A stretch of DNA of 64,000 nt, from assembly GCA_049299095.1 (NCBI GenBank), contig JBAQWV010000041.1, positions 64,278 to 128,277 of the forward strand. Reading direction: 5' to 3'. The translations under genes and the position numbers were made by a program. The stretch comes from Anaerolineae bacterium (GTDB lineage: Bacteria > Chloroflexota > Anaerolineae > JAAEKA01). Positions 56,034 to 64,000 of the stretch are shown piece by piece (the stretch's first letter is position 1; the number at the start of each line of letters is the position of its first letter). The notes beneath the pieces were generated by a model. It was not told where the DNA came from. It saw nothing but the letters and a program-made list of their open reading frames with translations, and did not search any database.

Positions 56034-56819
56034 TCAGGCGATTATCTGTTGATGCGCGTAAAGCAGCGGCAACTTGGCGGGTTTGATCCTGAATTTCGTA
56101 CCGTGGTTGTGGCCGGTACGGGCGTCAATGTCCACAAACACATGACCGTTTTCAAGTCCATCCAGCAATCCAGCAAATTTGAAGCCTTGCAAAATCATAA
56201 TACTGGAGTACCGAAAATATTCTTTGCCCGCTTCGAGTTTTCTTTCTGCCCGCACGAAAAAACTGTTGAGTAATTTTGTGCCTGCTTTGTTGCGCAGATC
56301 CTCGAATCCCCAATAAGGCTGTGGATCGAGTTCATGCAAGCCAACGCGGCCTGCTACATCTGCAAGCCAGAGATCATGCCTGGAATTGACTGCGTCAGGA
56401 TTGAAAGAGATCAATACTTTGTTCTCACTACGATCAATAGACACTTTAAAGCCGCGATCGCTGTGCGTCGCTCCCGTAATAGTCTGCCGGAAGCTCATTT
56501 CTGTGAACGCATAGCGCTCACCGGCTTTCTGGTGTGACCAGCCATACTGAGGTAGTAACACCGCTGGCACAAAACGTAGTGCACGCGGGGAAGGTTCCAT
56601 GTGAAAGAGCGTCACCAGCGAGTTGCTATCTACGCGGTGGGCTTTCAGTTCCCATTCGGCAGCGTTCGGGATGGGAAGGTTGTTTTCCTGAATTCCCAAC
56701 AGATCCTCCAGCGTATTGCCTATACTGCCCGCGTTGTCAGGGCGAGATCCGGCAATCCATCCCCTCGCTTTAATTTTGAGCAATTCCTCAATCAGGGTTT
56801 CTTTGGTATAGAGTTTCAT
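56034..56819 (-). CDS. type II restriction endonuclease, MvaI/BcnI family
   Basis: MKLYTKETLIEELLKIKARGW... about 260 aa resembling MvaI/BcnI; ATGA start/stop overlap with the upstream methyltransferase; lower GC than flanks. Confidence 0.6.
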   Translation of the reverse strand: MKLYTKETLIEELLKIKARGWIAGSRPDNAGSIGNTLEDLLGIQENNLPIPNAAEWELKAHRVDSNSLVTLFHMEPSPRALRFVPAVLLPQYGWSHQKAGERYAFTEMSFRQTITGATHSDRGFKVSIDRSENKVLISFNPDAVNSRHDLWLADVAGRVGLHELDPQPYWGFEDLRNKAGTKLLNSFFVRAERKLEAGKEYFRYSSIMILQGFKFAGLLDGLENGHVFVDIDARTGHNHGTKFRIKPAKLPLLYAHQQIIA

Positions 56820-57766
56820 TGATTGATTGGCGGTCGCCAGAAATCCAAAAGGTATTCGAACGTTGTACCCATCGTAATGTAATTGGAAGGCCAGCCAAAA
56901 ATGCCGACCCGGTTCACGATGTTGGTGCGATCCCAAATGATTGTGTTGCGCAACTCGTAGCCACGTTTGCGCAATTCCTCAACCAGGGCAATATGGATCG
57001 TGATGCGCTCATTTTCCCACCACATATCAGGTACATTGATGACGCAGTGGCCCTTGGGCTTCAAGAGCGGCAATAGCTGCTCAAAGATATCACCCATCGC
57101 TTGCGTATACTCTTCGAGCGGCATCGTGCCGAGGTCGCGCGGGTCTTGCGAATACTGCTCGACTTTGTCGAATTGTTCGTTCTTGCGCTCTTCACCCCGC
57201 CGCGACTTGTTCTTGCGTTTGCGGTTCAGTAAATTCGCGTATGGCGGGGATGTCCAGATCAAGCTGACACTTCCGGGGTGCAGGTAGTTGGCAATATGCG
57301 AAGCATCATCCTGGACAGCAATTTGCTGCGCCTGGTTGAAGAAATTATCGCTGGTGAGTCGCTGTTCGCACAAGTTGATGTATTTCTCTTGCAAGTCAAA
57401 GCCAACCGCATTGCGATTTAGTTCCTGTGCTGCGACCAACGACGTTCCGCTACCGACGAATGGATCAAGTACCAACTCACCTTCATGCGTGAACAATTCA
57501 ATGACCCGTTTGGCAAGAGAAACTGGAAACGTCGCGGGGTGCAAATCTTTATTGCGCACATCCTTGCCACTGTATGTAAACTGCCAAACACCTAGCTGAC
57601 TTTTAATCCAATCCTTGGCCGTCATACAGTTCAGATGATTGGCAGCACACTGGCAACTGCGTGTGGCGGGAACGGCCAGATGCAGCCGATAAAGCGGTGT
57701 ATTTTCGCGGATAGTGCGCGGCAGTGTCGTAGCTTCTGTGGGAGTTAAAATATCTACTGTTTCCAT
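56816..57766 (-). CDS. DNA N4-cytosine methyltransferase (M.MvaI-like, SPPY motif)
   Basis: FxGSGT motif I (DPFVGSGTS) and SPPY motif IV (IWTSPPYANL); start at internal Met of ORF 56816..57841; lower GC. Confidence 0.7.
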   Translation of the reverse strand: METVDILTPTEATTLPRTIRENTPLYRLHLAVPATRSCQCAANHLNCMTAKDWIKSQLGVWQFTYSGKDVRNKDLHPATFPVSLAKRVIELFTHEGELVLDPFVGSGTSLVAAQELNRNAVGFDLQEKYINLCEQRLTSDNFFNQAQQIAVQDDASHIANYLHPGSVSLIWTSPPYANLLNRKRKNKSRRGEERKNEQFDKVEQYSQDPRDLGTMPLEEYTQAMGDIFEQLLPLLKPKGHCVINVPDMWWENERITIHIALVEELRKRGYELRNTIIWDRTNIVNRVGIFGWPSNYITMGTTFEYLLDFWRPPINQ

Positions 57767-57854
57767 AAATCGTTTACCTGCTTCAAATAAGACGGTCTGC
57801 CCGGAATTATAACATCCGTTCTCTGAATGGGCGAATGACACGGGATATGCCTGT

Positions 57855-57895
57855 CAAAAAGCAGGCGCTCCCTTGCTGGCAGCAAGGAAGCGCCC
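57855..57895 (-). terminator. rho-independent terminator downstream of the BNR-repeat gene
   Basis: 15-bp near-perfect hairpin GGCGCTTCCTTGCTG/CAGCAAGGGAGCGCC followed by UGCUUUUUG on the minus strand. Confidence 0.6.
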
Positions 57896-57935
57896 GTTAC
57901 CCGTTAAAGGTAGCCGTGAGCGAAGGGGAAACCGG

Positions 57936-60839
57936 CTAGCAACTATCACCGAACGCGGAGGCTGTGAGCAAAATGTCAATGATGTCCACATCGCCGTCGC
58001 CATCGCGGTCGTAGCGGTTGTTCCAGCCCGGCGATGCACTGGTTTCCAGCCAGTGTGCGGCTTCTGTTGCCACATCCAGCACATCAATGTCGCTGTCGCC
58101 GTCGAAATCGGGACAGGTACGCATCGGCGCGCTGGGTAACGGCCACACATACGCGCCGCGCCCGCGCGTCCAAACGGCCAGCGTGGTGGCTCCCGCGTCA
58201 ATCGTCATGTCCCAGATCATCACGTTCGGCAGACCCGCTTGGAAACGATACCATTCCGGCGCGGTTGCGTCAATGTCGTTGGTGTAATACAGCCCCCAGT
58301 CTGTGCCGGCAAAGACCTGCTGCCGAAAATTCGGGTTGACCATGATCGAATCAACCGGAATATTGGGCAGGTTGCCCGACTTGTTCACCCACGTAAAGGA
58401 GGCACAAGAGGTGGCACAAGTGACCTGGAACAGATGCCCCGGCGTGGTCGGCGTGTTTTGATCGAACCCGCCCACCGCGGCATAGCCGATCAGCGGGTTG
58501 GCGGTGTCCTGGAACACATCCAGGATCGGGCGATTGGGCAGCACAGCGTTGCCGCCGGTGACGTTTACCCAGGTGGCGCTGTTTGCCACCCCCTGTCCCA
58601 GATTAAAGCCCATCTGCACGTTACCATCGCTCGTACCGACAATTGCGCGCGTGTTGTCGCTCCAGGCGTAGTTAAGTTGATTGATGAACGAACGGTCGGC
58701 CAGGGTATTCTTGGTCAGGTCACCGCTGTTGACGTGCCAGCGCGCGCTGGCCGAGCCGCCAATCGCCCCATGCACCGATTCAAAAACCCGGTAGCTACCC
58801 GCAATCATGTGGGTGCAGCCAGTGGGGGGGCAACCATTCTTCTGGATTTCATACGGAAAGATGAAGCTTAACCGGTCGGCTGTCCAGCCGCCGGTAGCCG
58901 TGGTTTGCGAACCGTAAGCGCCGGTGGTGCTGACAGCCAGGTTGCCGTTCTGGCTTTCCTGATACCAGCGCTGCCCCAGCACCGGTTCAATACGCGCGAA
59001 CATACCATCGCCACCCTTGCGCATCTGCCAAACCGTCTGGGTCGGGTTACCCGCGCTCCACACATACACCGCCGAACCATTGTCCTGCATCCCGCCGTTG
59101 ATGCCTGGCTGCGCAGCGATGGCAAAGTTCGCTGTAATGTCACCCGAATAAAACTCCAGCGTACTCAAACTGCTGTTGATCTGTGTAAACGTTGGGTTGA
59201 CCGCGTTGGCATTGGTGGAAACATACGCACCACCATCGCTGCCCGCCAGCAGCACGCTAGATGAGCCAGGTACAAAGGCCAGCGCGTGCTGGTCAACGTG
59301 AACCGTGGTGCCACCTGCATAGCCGCAAGTCAGGTTGGTGTAACTCGTGCCGCCATTAGTAGAACGGAAGATGTCCACCGTGCTGAGAAAAGTGGTGTCG
59401 GCGTTGTTGGGATCCACGGCGATGTTTTGGTCATACCAGTTTTGGTTATAATCGCCAAAACAGCCACCCAAACCAGCCGGCCCAGCCTGCTTGGTCCAGG
59501 TAGTGCCGCCGTTGGTGGTGCGCCACACCCCCAGCAAGCCGCCGCGCTGCGTGCCGCCACTCGCCAGAATCGCCTGCACCGCCACATAAATCACGTCGGG
59601 ATTACTGGGAGCAATGGCCGCGTCCAGCCGTCCGAGCTGGTTGCCGGTGAGCGTGGAAGTATTCACCGGCACGCCAGTTGCGGTATCGGTCGGCCAGCCA
59701 TTGTCCGCCCGGCTCAACGTTTCCCAGCCGGATGGGCAGCCATTGGCAGGCAGCAGTGCCCGGTAAACGCCATTCGCGCCGTTCTGGTCCAGGTTGTTTT
59801 GCACCGTCGTGGCAAAGCCGCGCGCACCAATAAACGCGTAAATCTGTGTCTGTGTGCCGGTATCGCGCAGGATCAGGCCGGTAGTGTCCTGCCGCTGCGT
59901 GGTAAACGCGTTGGTCACGCAAGGGCCAGTCCAGTTCGTGCCCGCGTCATAGGAGAGAAACAGGCCCGTTTTTGTACCCACCACCAGATTGTTGCTGTTG
60001 TTCGGATCAACGCGCACCTTGCCGATGGCCTGATATTGTGGATAGATACCCGCTGGCTGGCTGTACGCGCCATTGAACACATCGGCGCCGAGGACATGCC
60101 AAGTCGCGCCCTGATCGTCACTCTTCAGCACGCCCGCAGAGCCGAAGCTGTACGATCCAAAGCGCAGGTCGCCCGTACCAGCATAAACCACGTTATGGTT
60201 GTTCGGGTCAATAACGATGTCGCCGATGGCAATAGTAGTCAACAGCGGGTCGTCGGTCACCGATGTCCAGGTGGTGCTGGTGGTGCAGCAATTGGTGGTT
60301 TTCCAGACACCGCCGCCGTCCGAACCCAGGTACGCCACATTGGGCGAGACGGGGTCCACCGCGATGACGTTGGTGCGTCCACTAACCAGCCCAAAGTAAT
60401 AGCAGGCAAGACAGCCATTGCTCTGTAGCGGCTGTGGCCCCAATGCGGTGAAACGATCCGGGTTCAGCGCCAGGGGCGACTGGCTGGCGGTACGGTTATA
60501 CGTCACCACTCCATCCGGCGTGGCCCGCTCGATCTGTTCATCCTGCGTTTTCGCTTGCAGGTACCAGGCCGGGTCGAACTGACCAGTAGGGTAGCTGACG
60601 CGATGATAAAAATAATCACCCATTGCCAGCAAGTGCGCGCCTTCCTGCGTTTCGTCTTCGCCCGGCTCCGGCAAAAAACGCTCGCGTCCCGGATCGAGGT
60701 TGGGAGCGATGCTGTCCACACTGGAAGCTGAGCGTGGTTCCGCGGGCATCAGAACAGAGGCTGGTGTGGGCAGCACGGCCAGCGTCAACACACCACAGAC
60801 AATCAAAACACCGGCAAGATGACGATAAAATCGGTTCAC
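57936..60839 (-). CDS. secreted BNR/Asp-box repeat protein with C-terminal dockerin-like Ca-binding repeats
   Basis: Signal peptide; multiple SxDxGxTW BNR repeats (SDDQGATW, SYDAGTNW, TTNGGTTW); C-terminus DFDGDSDIDVLDV...DRDGDGDVDIIDIL resembles a dockerin type I duplicated segment; 967 aa. Confidence 0.7.
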   Translation of the reverse strand: MNRFYRHLAGVLIVCGVLTLAVLPTPASVLMPAEPRSASSVDSIAPNLDPGRERFLPEPGEDETQEGAHLLAMGDYFYHRVSYPTGQFDPAWYLQAKTQDEQIERATPDGVVTYNRTASQSPLALNPDRFTALGPQPLQSNGCLACYYFGLVSGRTNVIAVDPVSPNVAYLGSDGGGVWKTTNCCTTSTTWTSVTDDPLLTTIAIGDIVIDPNNHNVVYAGTGDLRFGSYSFGSAGVLKSDDQGATWHVLGADVFNGAYSQPAGIYPQYQAIGKVRVDPNNSNNLVVGTKTGLFLSYDAGTNWTGPCVTNAFTTQRQDTTGLILRDTGTQTQIYAFIGARGFATTVQNNLDQNGANGVYRALLPANGCPSGWETLSRADNGWPTDTATGVPVNTSTLTGNQLGRLDAAIAPSNPDVIYVAVQAILASGGTQRGGLLGVWRTTNGGTTWTKQAGPAGLGGCFGDYNQNWYDQNIAVDPNNADTTFLSTVDIFRSTNGGTSYTNLTCGYAGGTTVHVDQHALAFVPGSSSVLLAGSDGGAYVSTNANAVNPTFTQINSSLSTLEFYSGDITANFAIAAQPGINGGMQDNGSAVYVWSAGNPTQTVWQMRKGGDGMFARIEPVLGQRWYQESQNGNLAVSTTGAYGSQTTATGGWTADRLSFIFPYEIQKNGCPPTGCTHMIAGSYRVFESVHGAIGGSASARWHVNSGDLTKNTLADRSFINQLNYAWSDNTRAIVGTSDGNVQMGFNLGQGVANSATWVNVTGGNAVLPNRPILDVFQDTANPLIGYAAVGGFDQNTPTTPGHLFQVTCATSCASFTWVNKSGNLPNIPVDSIMVNPNFRQQVFAGTDWGLYYTNDIDATAPEWYRFQAGLPNVMIWDMTIDAGATTLAVWTRGRGAYVWPLPSAPMRTCPDFDGDSDIDVLDVATEAAHWLETSASPGWNNRYDRDGDGDVDIIDILLTASAFGDSC

Positions 60840-60955
60840 GGCAGTACTCCTTACTCCATCGGGTGCGGCCTATTATAGCTACTCCCCGTTCGTGCGGCAA
60901 TTGTGTTGTCAGCAACAAAAAAGCAACATTCGTGAGAAAATACACGCAAAAAGGC

Positions 60956-60984
60956 TTGTCAACGAATTCGACGTGTGTTATAAT
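60956..60984 (+). promoter_or_regulatory. sigma70-like promoter (TTGTCA-17 nt-TATAAT) with about 320-nt leader upstream of the ABC ATPase gene
   Basis: Near-consensus hexamers; the leader contains a stable GC hairpin (about 61079-61106) and a short uORF. Confidence 0.5.
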
Positions 60985-61312
60985 GCAAAAGTCATCGGCC
61001 GCACCGCGGCCCCAGCCCGTGCAGCAAAGTTGCTGCCTCATGGATCTATCAAGGAGGTGACATCCCCAAGATCTGGTGACGCGCGAGCTTCGGCGGGAAG
61101 CCTCGCGGACGCTGTATCCTGCTAAATGCAGCGCCCCTCCAGTCTGCACCCCCACTGCTGGCTTCGGCCAGTTCCCCATAACCGCCCAACCCGTGACCTG
61201 GACGCATGCTGTGGAAAAGCGGTTTCGGCGCTCATGCCCGGATGTCTGTCAACCATCTGACCGCAAAGTTCTGTTTTCCGTGGTGTGCTCAATTTCCAAG
61301 GAGTTGCCTTTC

Positions 61313-62413
61313 ATGGCAAGCGTAACTTACAAGAACGTCTACAAGCGCTGGGGCGATGTCATCGCCGTTAACGATTTCAACCTGGACATTCAAGACAAAG
61401 AATTCATGGTATACGTCGGTCCTTCCGGCTGCGGCAAATCCACCACCCTGCGCCTGCTGGCTGGCCTTGAAGAGATCAGCGACGGCCAGATTTTGATCGG
61501 TGACCGCGTGGTCAATGACGTGCCGCCCAAGGATCGTGACATCGCGATGGTATTCCAGAGCTACGCGCTCTATCCGCACATGTCGGTATACGACAACATG
61601 GCCTTCGGCTTGAAGCTGCGCAAGATGCCGAAGGAAGAAATTGATCGCCGCGTCAAGGAAGCTGCCGACGTTCTGAGCATTACCCAGTACCTGGATCGCA
61701 AGCCGAAGGCCCTGTCCGGCGGCCAGCGCCAGCGTGTGGCCGTGGGCCGCGCCATCGTGCGTAACCCCAAGGTCTTCCTCTTTGACGAGCCGCTCTCCAA
61801 CCTGGACGCCAAACTGCGCGTGCAGACCCGCGCCGAAATCACCAAACTGTGGCAAAACCTGGGCACCACCTTCATCTATGTGACCCACGACCAGGTGGAA
61901 GCCATGACGATGGCGACCCGCATCGCAGTCATGAAAGATGGCCTCTTGCAGCAGTGCGATACCCCGCAATATCTGTACGACCATCCCAACAACATCTTCG
62001 TCGCCGGCTTCATCGGCAGCCCCTCCATGAATTTCTTCGATGCCACCCTGGTTGAGGCCGATGGCAAGATGTACGCCGACGGCGGCACGTTCCGCCTGGA
62101 AGTGCCCGGCAAGAACCTGGCGCTGGCTCAGAAGCACAAGGGCAAGCAGATCGTTTTCGGTATTCGCCCCGAAGACATTCAGAGCCGCGAATTTACACCG
62201 CCCGGCATCGCACCCGCCTACATGAAATCCAAGGTGGACGTGACGGAAATGATGGGTAGCGAAATCTTCGCCTACCTGTTGAGTGGCAAGAAGAGCTTCG
62301 TCGCCCGCCTTGACCCGCGCACACGCGCCCACGTCGGCGAAGACCTCGATCTGGTAGTCAACATGGACAACATGCACATGTTCGATCCCAAGACCGAGCA
62401 GCGCCTCGTCTAA
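61313..62413 (+). CDS. sugar ABC transporter ATP-binding protein (MalK/UgpC/MsmK family)
   Basis: Walker A GPSGCGKST, signature LSGGQRQR, Walker B FLFDEPLSNLD, C-terminal TOBE-like domain; RBS AAGGAG. Confidence 0.9.
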   Translation: MASVTYKNVYKRWGDVIAVNDFNLDIQDKEFMVYVGPSGCGKSTTLRLLAGLEEISDGQILIGDRVVNDVPPKDRDIAMVFQSYALYPHMSVYDNMAFGLKLRKMPKEEIDRRVKEAADVLSITQYLDRKPKALSGGQRQRVAVGRAIVRNPKVFLFDEPLSNLDAKLRVQTRAEITKLWQNLGTTFIYVTHDQVEAMTMATRIAVMKDGLLQQCDTPQYLYDHPNNIFVAGFIGSPSMNFFDATLVEADGKMYADGGTFRLEVPGKNLALAQKHKGKQIVFGIRPEDIQSREFTPPGIAPAYMKSKVDVTEMMGSEIFAYLLSGKKSFVARLDPRTRAHVGEDLDLVVNMDNMHMFDPKTEQRLV

Positions 62414-62435
62414 TCTCTGTTTCTTGCAGCTATCA

Positions 62436-62468
62436 GGGGTAGGTCGTGTGACGACCTACCCCTTTTTA
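62436..62468 (+). terminator. rho-independent terminator
   Basis: GGGGTAGGTCGtgtgaCGACCTACCCC followed by TTTTTAT. Confidence 0.75.
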
Positions 62469-62489
62469 TGCCAAAAATAAAGGAACCCC

Positions 62490-62987
62490 TTGCTCACCTT
62501 ACTCGCTGAAACGCAACCCATCGCCGCGCGGCCATTAACCCTGCCAGCCGGCTACGTTCTGCGCCCCATGCACGCCCCCGACGTGCCCGCGCTGGCCGCG
62601 CTCTATTTTGCCGCCTACGACCGCACCATCGTGCCCGACCTGCCCGCCGCCCTGGAGGAAATGCAACAAACCTTCGCACACGAATACGGCCAGTTGCTCC
62701 TGGCTTGCTCGCCTGTGTTGATCCACGACGCCATCATCGTCAGCGCAGTGATGACAGTAGCGCATGCTCCGTGGCCCGACACCCCCGCCGGCCCATTCGT
62801 CATCGAAGTCTTCACACATCCAGCCCACCGACAGCGCGGCCTGGCGCGCGCCGGATTGATCGCCGCAGCGCAGGCCCTCCACCAGCAAGGCTGGCGCACG
62901 CTCGCCCTCCGCGTTGATCCCGACAACACAGCTGCAACGACACTCTACACCGCGCTGGGCTTTCATGTATGGCAAGCTCCCCCGTAA
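62490..62987 (+). CDS. GNAT-family N-acetyltransferase
   Basis: HRQRGLARAGL...TLALRVDPDNTAATTLYTALGF acetyl-CoA-binding motif A region; 165 aa. Confidence 0.75.
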   Translation: MLTLLAETQPIAARPLTLPAGYVLRPMHAPDVPALAALYFAAYDRTIVPDLPAALEEMQQTFAHEYGQLLLACSPVLIHDAIIVSAVMTVAHAPWPDTPAGPFVIEVFTHPAHRQRGLARAGLIAAAQALHQQGWRTLALRVDPDNTAATTLYTALGFHVWQAPP

Positions 62988-62995
62988 ATCCGCCC

Positions 62996-64000
62996 ATGAC
63001 TGCTCCCATCGCTTTAGTCACCGGCGCCAGCGGCTTTGTCGGCGCCAACATTGTGGCCGCCCTCAACGAAGCAGGCTGGCAGGTACGCACACTGCTGCGC
63101 AAAACTTCATCCCACGCGGGGCTGGCTGGCCTCGCCTACACGCCCGTGCTGGGTGACGTGACCGACCCTGCTTCGCTGCAACCCGCCATGCAAGGCTGCA
63201 CCGCAGTCTTTCACGCCGCCGGTGTCGTGGCCGACTACTGGAACCAGGACAAGACGCTGACCTATCACGTCAACGTGGACGGCACGCGCAACGTGGTCGA
63301 GGCTGCGCTGATGGCCGGCGTGCCGCGCCTGGTATTCACCAGTTCACAAGCCGCGCTGGGCTTTAGCACAGGCCAGCAGCCGGTGGACGAAACCCACACC
63401 TTCAATCTGCATCCGCGGGTTTACCCCTACGGTCACAGCAAACACCTGGCCGAGCAGGTCGTACAGACCGCGGTACAGCGTGGCCTACACGCCGTGATCG
63501 TCAACCCCTCGGTGGTGCTTGGCCCGCGCGACGCCACCCTTTACAACAGCCAGATCATCCTGAACATACAGGCAGGCAGGCTGCCGCTGGTTCCCGCGGG
63601 TGGCGTCAACGTAGTGGACGCCACCGATTTGGCACGCGGCCATCTGCTGGCGCTGCAAAAAGGCCGACCAGGAGAACGCTATCTGCTGGCCGGCCACAAT
63701 ATCACCTTGTTGCATCTGGGGCGTCAGATCGCCGCGGCGCTGGACGTGGCCTGGCCGCGCGGCGTCATTCCTGACCGCCTGATCGGTGCGCTGGCGCTAA
63801 CGATTGACGGGCTGAACCGCGTGTCACCGCGTCGGTTACCACTGGCGGGCGATGTGCTGCGCTTTGGCAGTCGGTATATCTATGCTGACAACGGCAAGGC
63901 AATGCGCGAACTGGCCTGGCAGGTGACGCCGCTGCCGCAGACCATTGCCCAAGCCATACTCTGGCTGCGCAGCGTTGGCGCGTTGCCACCTGCCAGGCCG
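62996..64000 (+). CDS. NAD-dependent epimerase/dehydratase-family protein (SDR; 3' end runs off window)
   Basis: LVTGASGFVGANIV Rossmann motif, YxxxK (YGHSK); the ORF is open to the window end. Confidence 0.75.
   Translation, partial: MTAPIALVTGASGFVGANIVAALNEAGWQVRTLLRKTSSHAGLAGLAYTPVLGDVTDPASLQPAMQGCTAVFHAAGVVADYWNQDKTLTYHVNVDGTRNVVEAALMAGVPRLVFTSSQAALGFSTGQQPVDETHTFNLHPRVYPYGHSKHLAEQVVQTAVQRGLHAVIVNPSVVLGPRDATLYNSQIILNIQAGRLPLVPAGGVNVVDATDLARGHLLALQKGRPGERYLLAGHNITLLHLGRQIAAALDVAWPRGVIPDRLIGALALTIDGLNRVSPRRLPLAGDVLRFGSRYIYADNGKAMRELAWQVTPLPQTIAQAILWLRSVGALPPARP

Noticed and set aside
60892-61125. 77-aa plus-strand ORF in the malK leader
   Set aside because: Begins upstream of the predicted -35/-10 promoter; only the distal part (a short uORF after AAGGAGG) could be translated. 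Treated as a leader feature, not a gene.
1-64000. CRISPR arrays, rRNA/tRNA genes, transposases or integrases
   Set aside because: Scanned intergenic regions longer than 100 nt (8425-8734, 14297-14654, 16380-16610, 36796-36998, 53559-53868, 60840-61312): no regular direct-repeat arrays, no cloverleaf-compatible GTGGTTCGAATCC-like T-arm signatures, and no DDE or tyrosine-recombinase-like ORFs.

Overview
This is a high-GC (~63-65%), gene-dense bacterial chromosomal segment with about 50 protein-coding genes. No rRNA, tRNA, CRISPR array or transposase was recognised. The gene content (sortase plus LPXTG/DUF11 proteins, DUF2723/DUF4012 membrane proteins, a BY-kinase exopolysaccharide locus, and giant secreted proteases and PKD/PA14 proteins) fits a Chloroflexota-like monoderm, but the taxonomy is a low-confidence guess.

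Gene content along the window:
- 1-8.4 kb: a cation-transport and housekeeping block (rarD, two KtrA/TrkA-like genes, an APC-Usp permease, corA, nrnA, malQ).
- 8.7-14.3 kb: a 1853-aa secreted S8 subtilase.
- 14.6-21.7 kb: fadD, a radical SAM gene, a membrane rhodanese with an in-frame TGA, a thiolase, a glutaredoxin-like gene and an AcnX-like gene.
- 21.6-24.4 kb: a vapBC module, a PD-(D/E)xK-like protein and a SAM methyltransferase–nucleotidyltransferase fusion.
- 24.4-30.4 kb: uvrD/pcrA, qor and a standalone fabF-fabH pair.
- 30.5-36.8 kb: a ROK kinase, a ThrRS-N/uridine-kinase fusion and hypothetical membrane proteins.
- 37-52 kb: a sortase followed by a cell-envelope/exopolysaccharide locus (Wzz/BY-kinase, flippase-like protein, GT2, two PF11790-like hydrolases, a DUF11 protein ending in LPKTGQ, DUF2723, a DUF4012-like protein, an FN3-like protein and a B12-binding radical SAM enzyme).
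- 51.9-53.6 kb: the most notable locus, a lasso-peptide-like RiPP trio.
- 53.9-62.4 kb: a large surface protein, a lower-GC MvaI/BcnI-like restriction-modification pair, a BNR-repeat protein with a C-terminal dockerin-like module, and a malK-like ABC ATPase.

The RiPP trio consists of a strong sigma70 promoter, a PqqD-like recognition element, a 42-aa precursor carrying the YxxPxL leader motif with Thr(-2), Gly1 and Asp8, and an HprK-related kinase. No lasso cyclase or leader protease is encoded nearby, and the trio converges on the B12-binding radical SAM gene.

Fine coordinates of short motifs (promoters, hairpins, repeats) were hand-counted and may be off by 1-2 nt. Gene coordinates follow the supplied ORF track.
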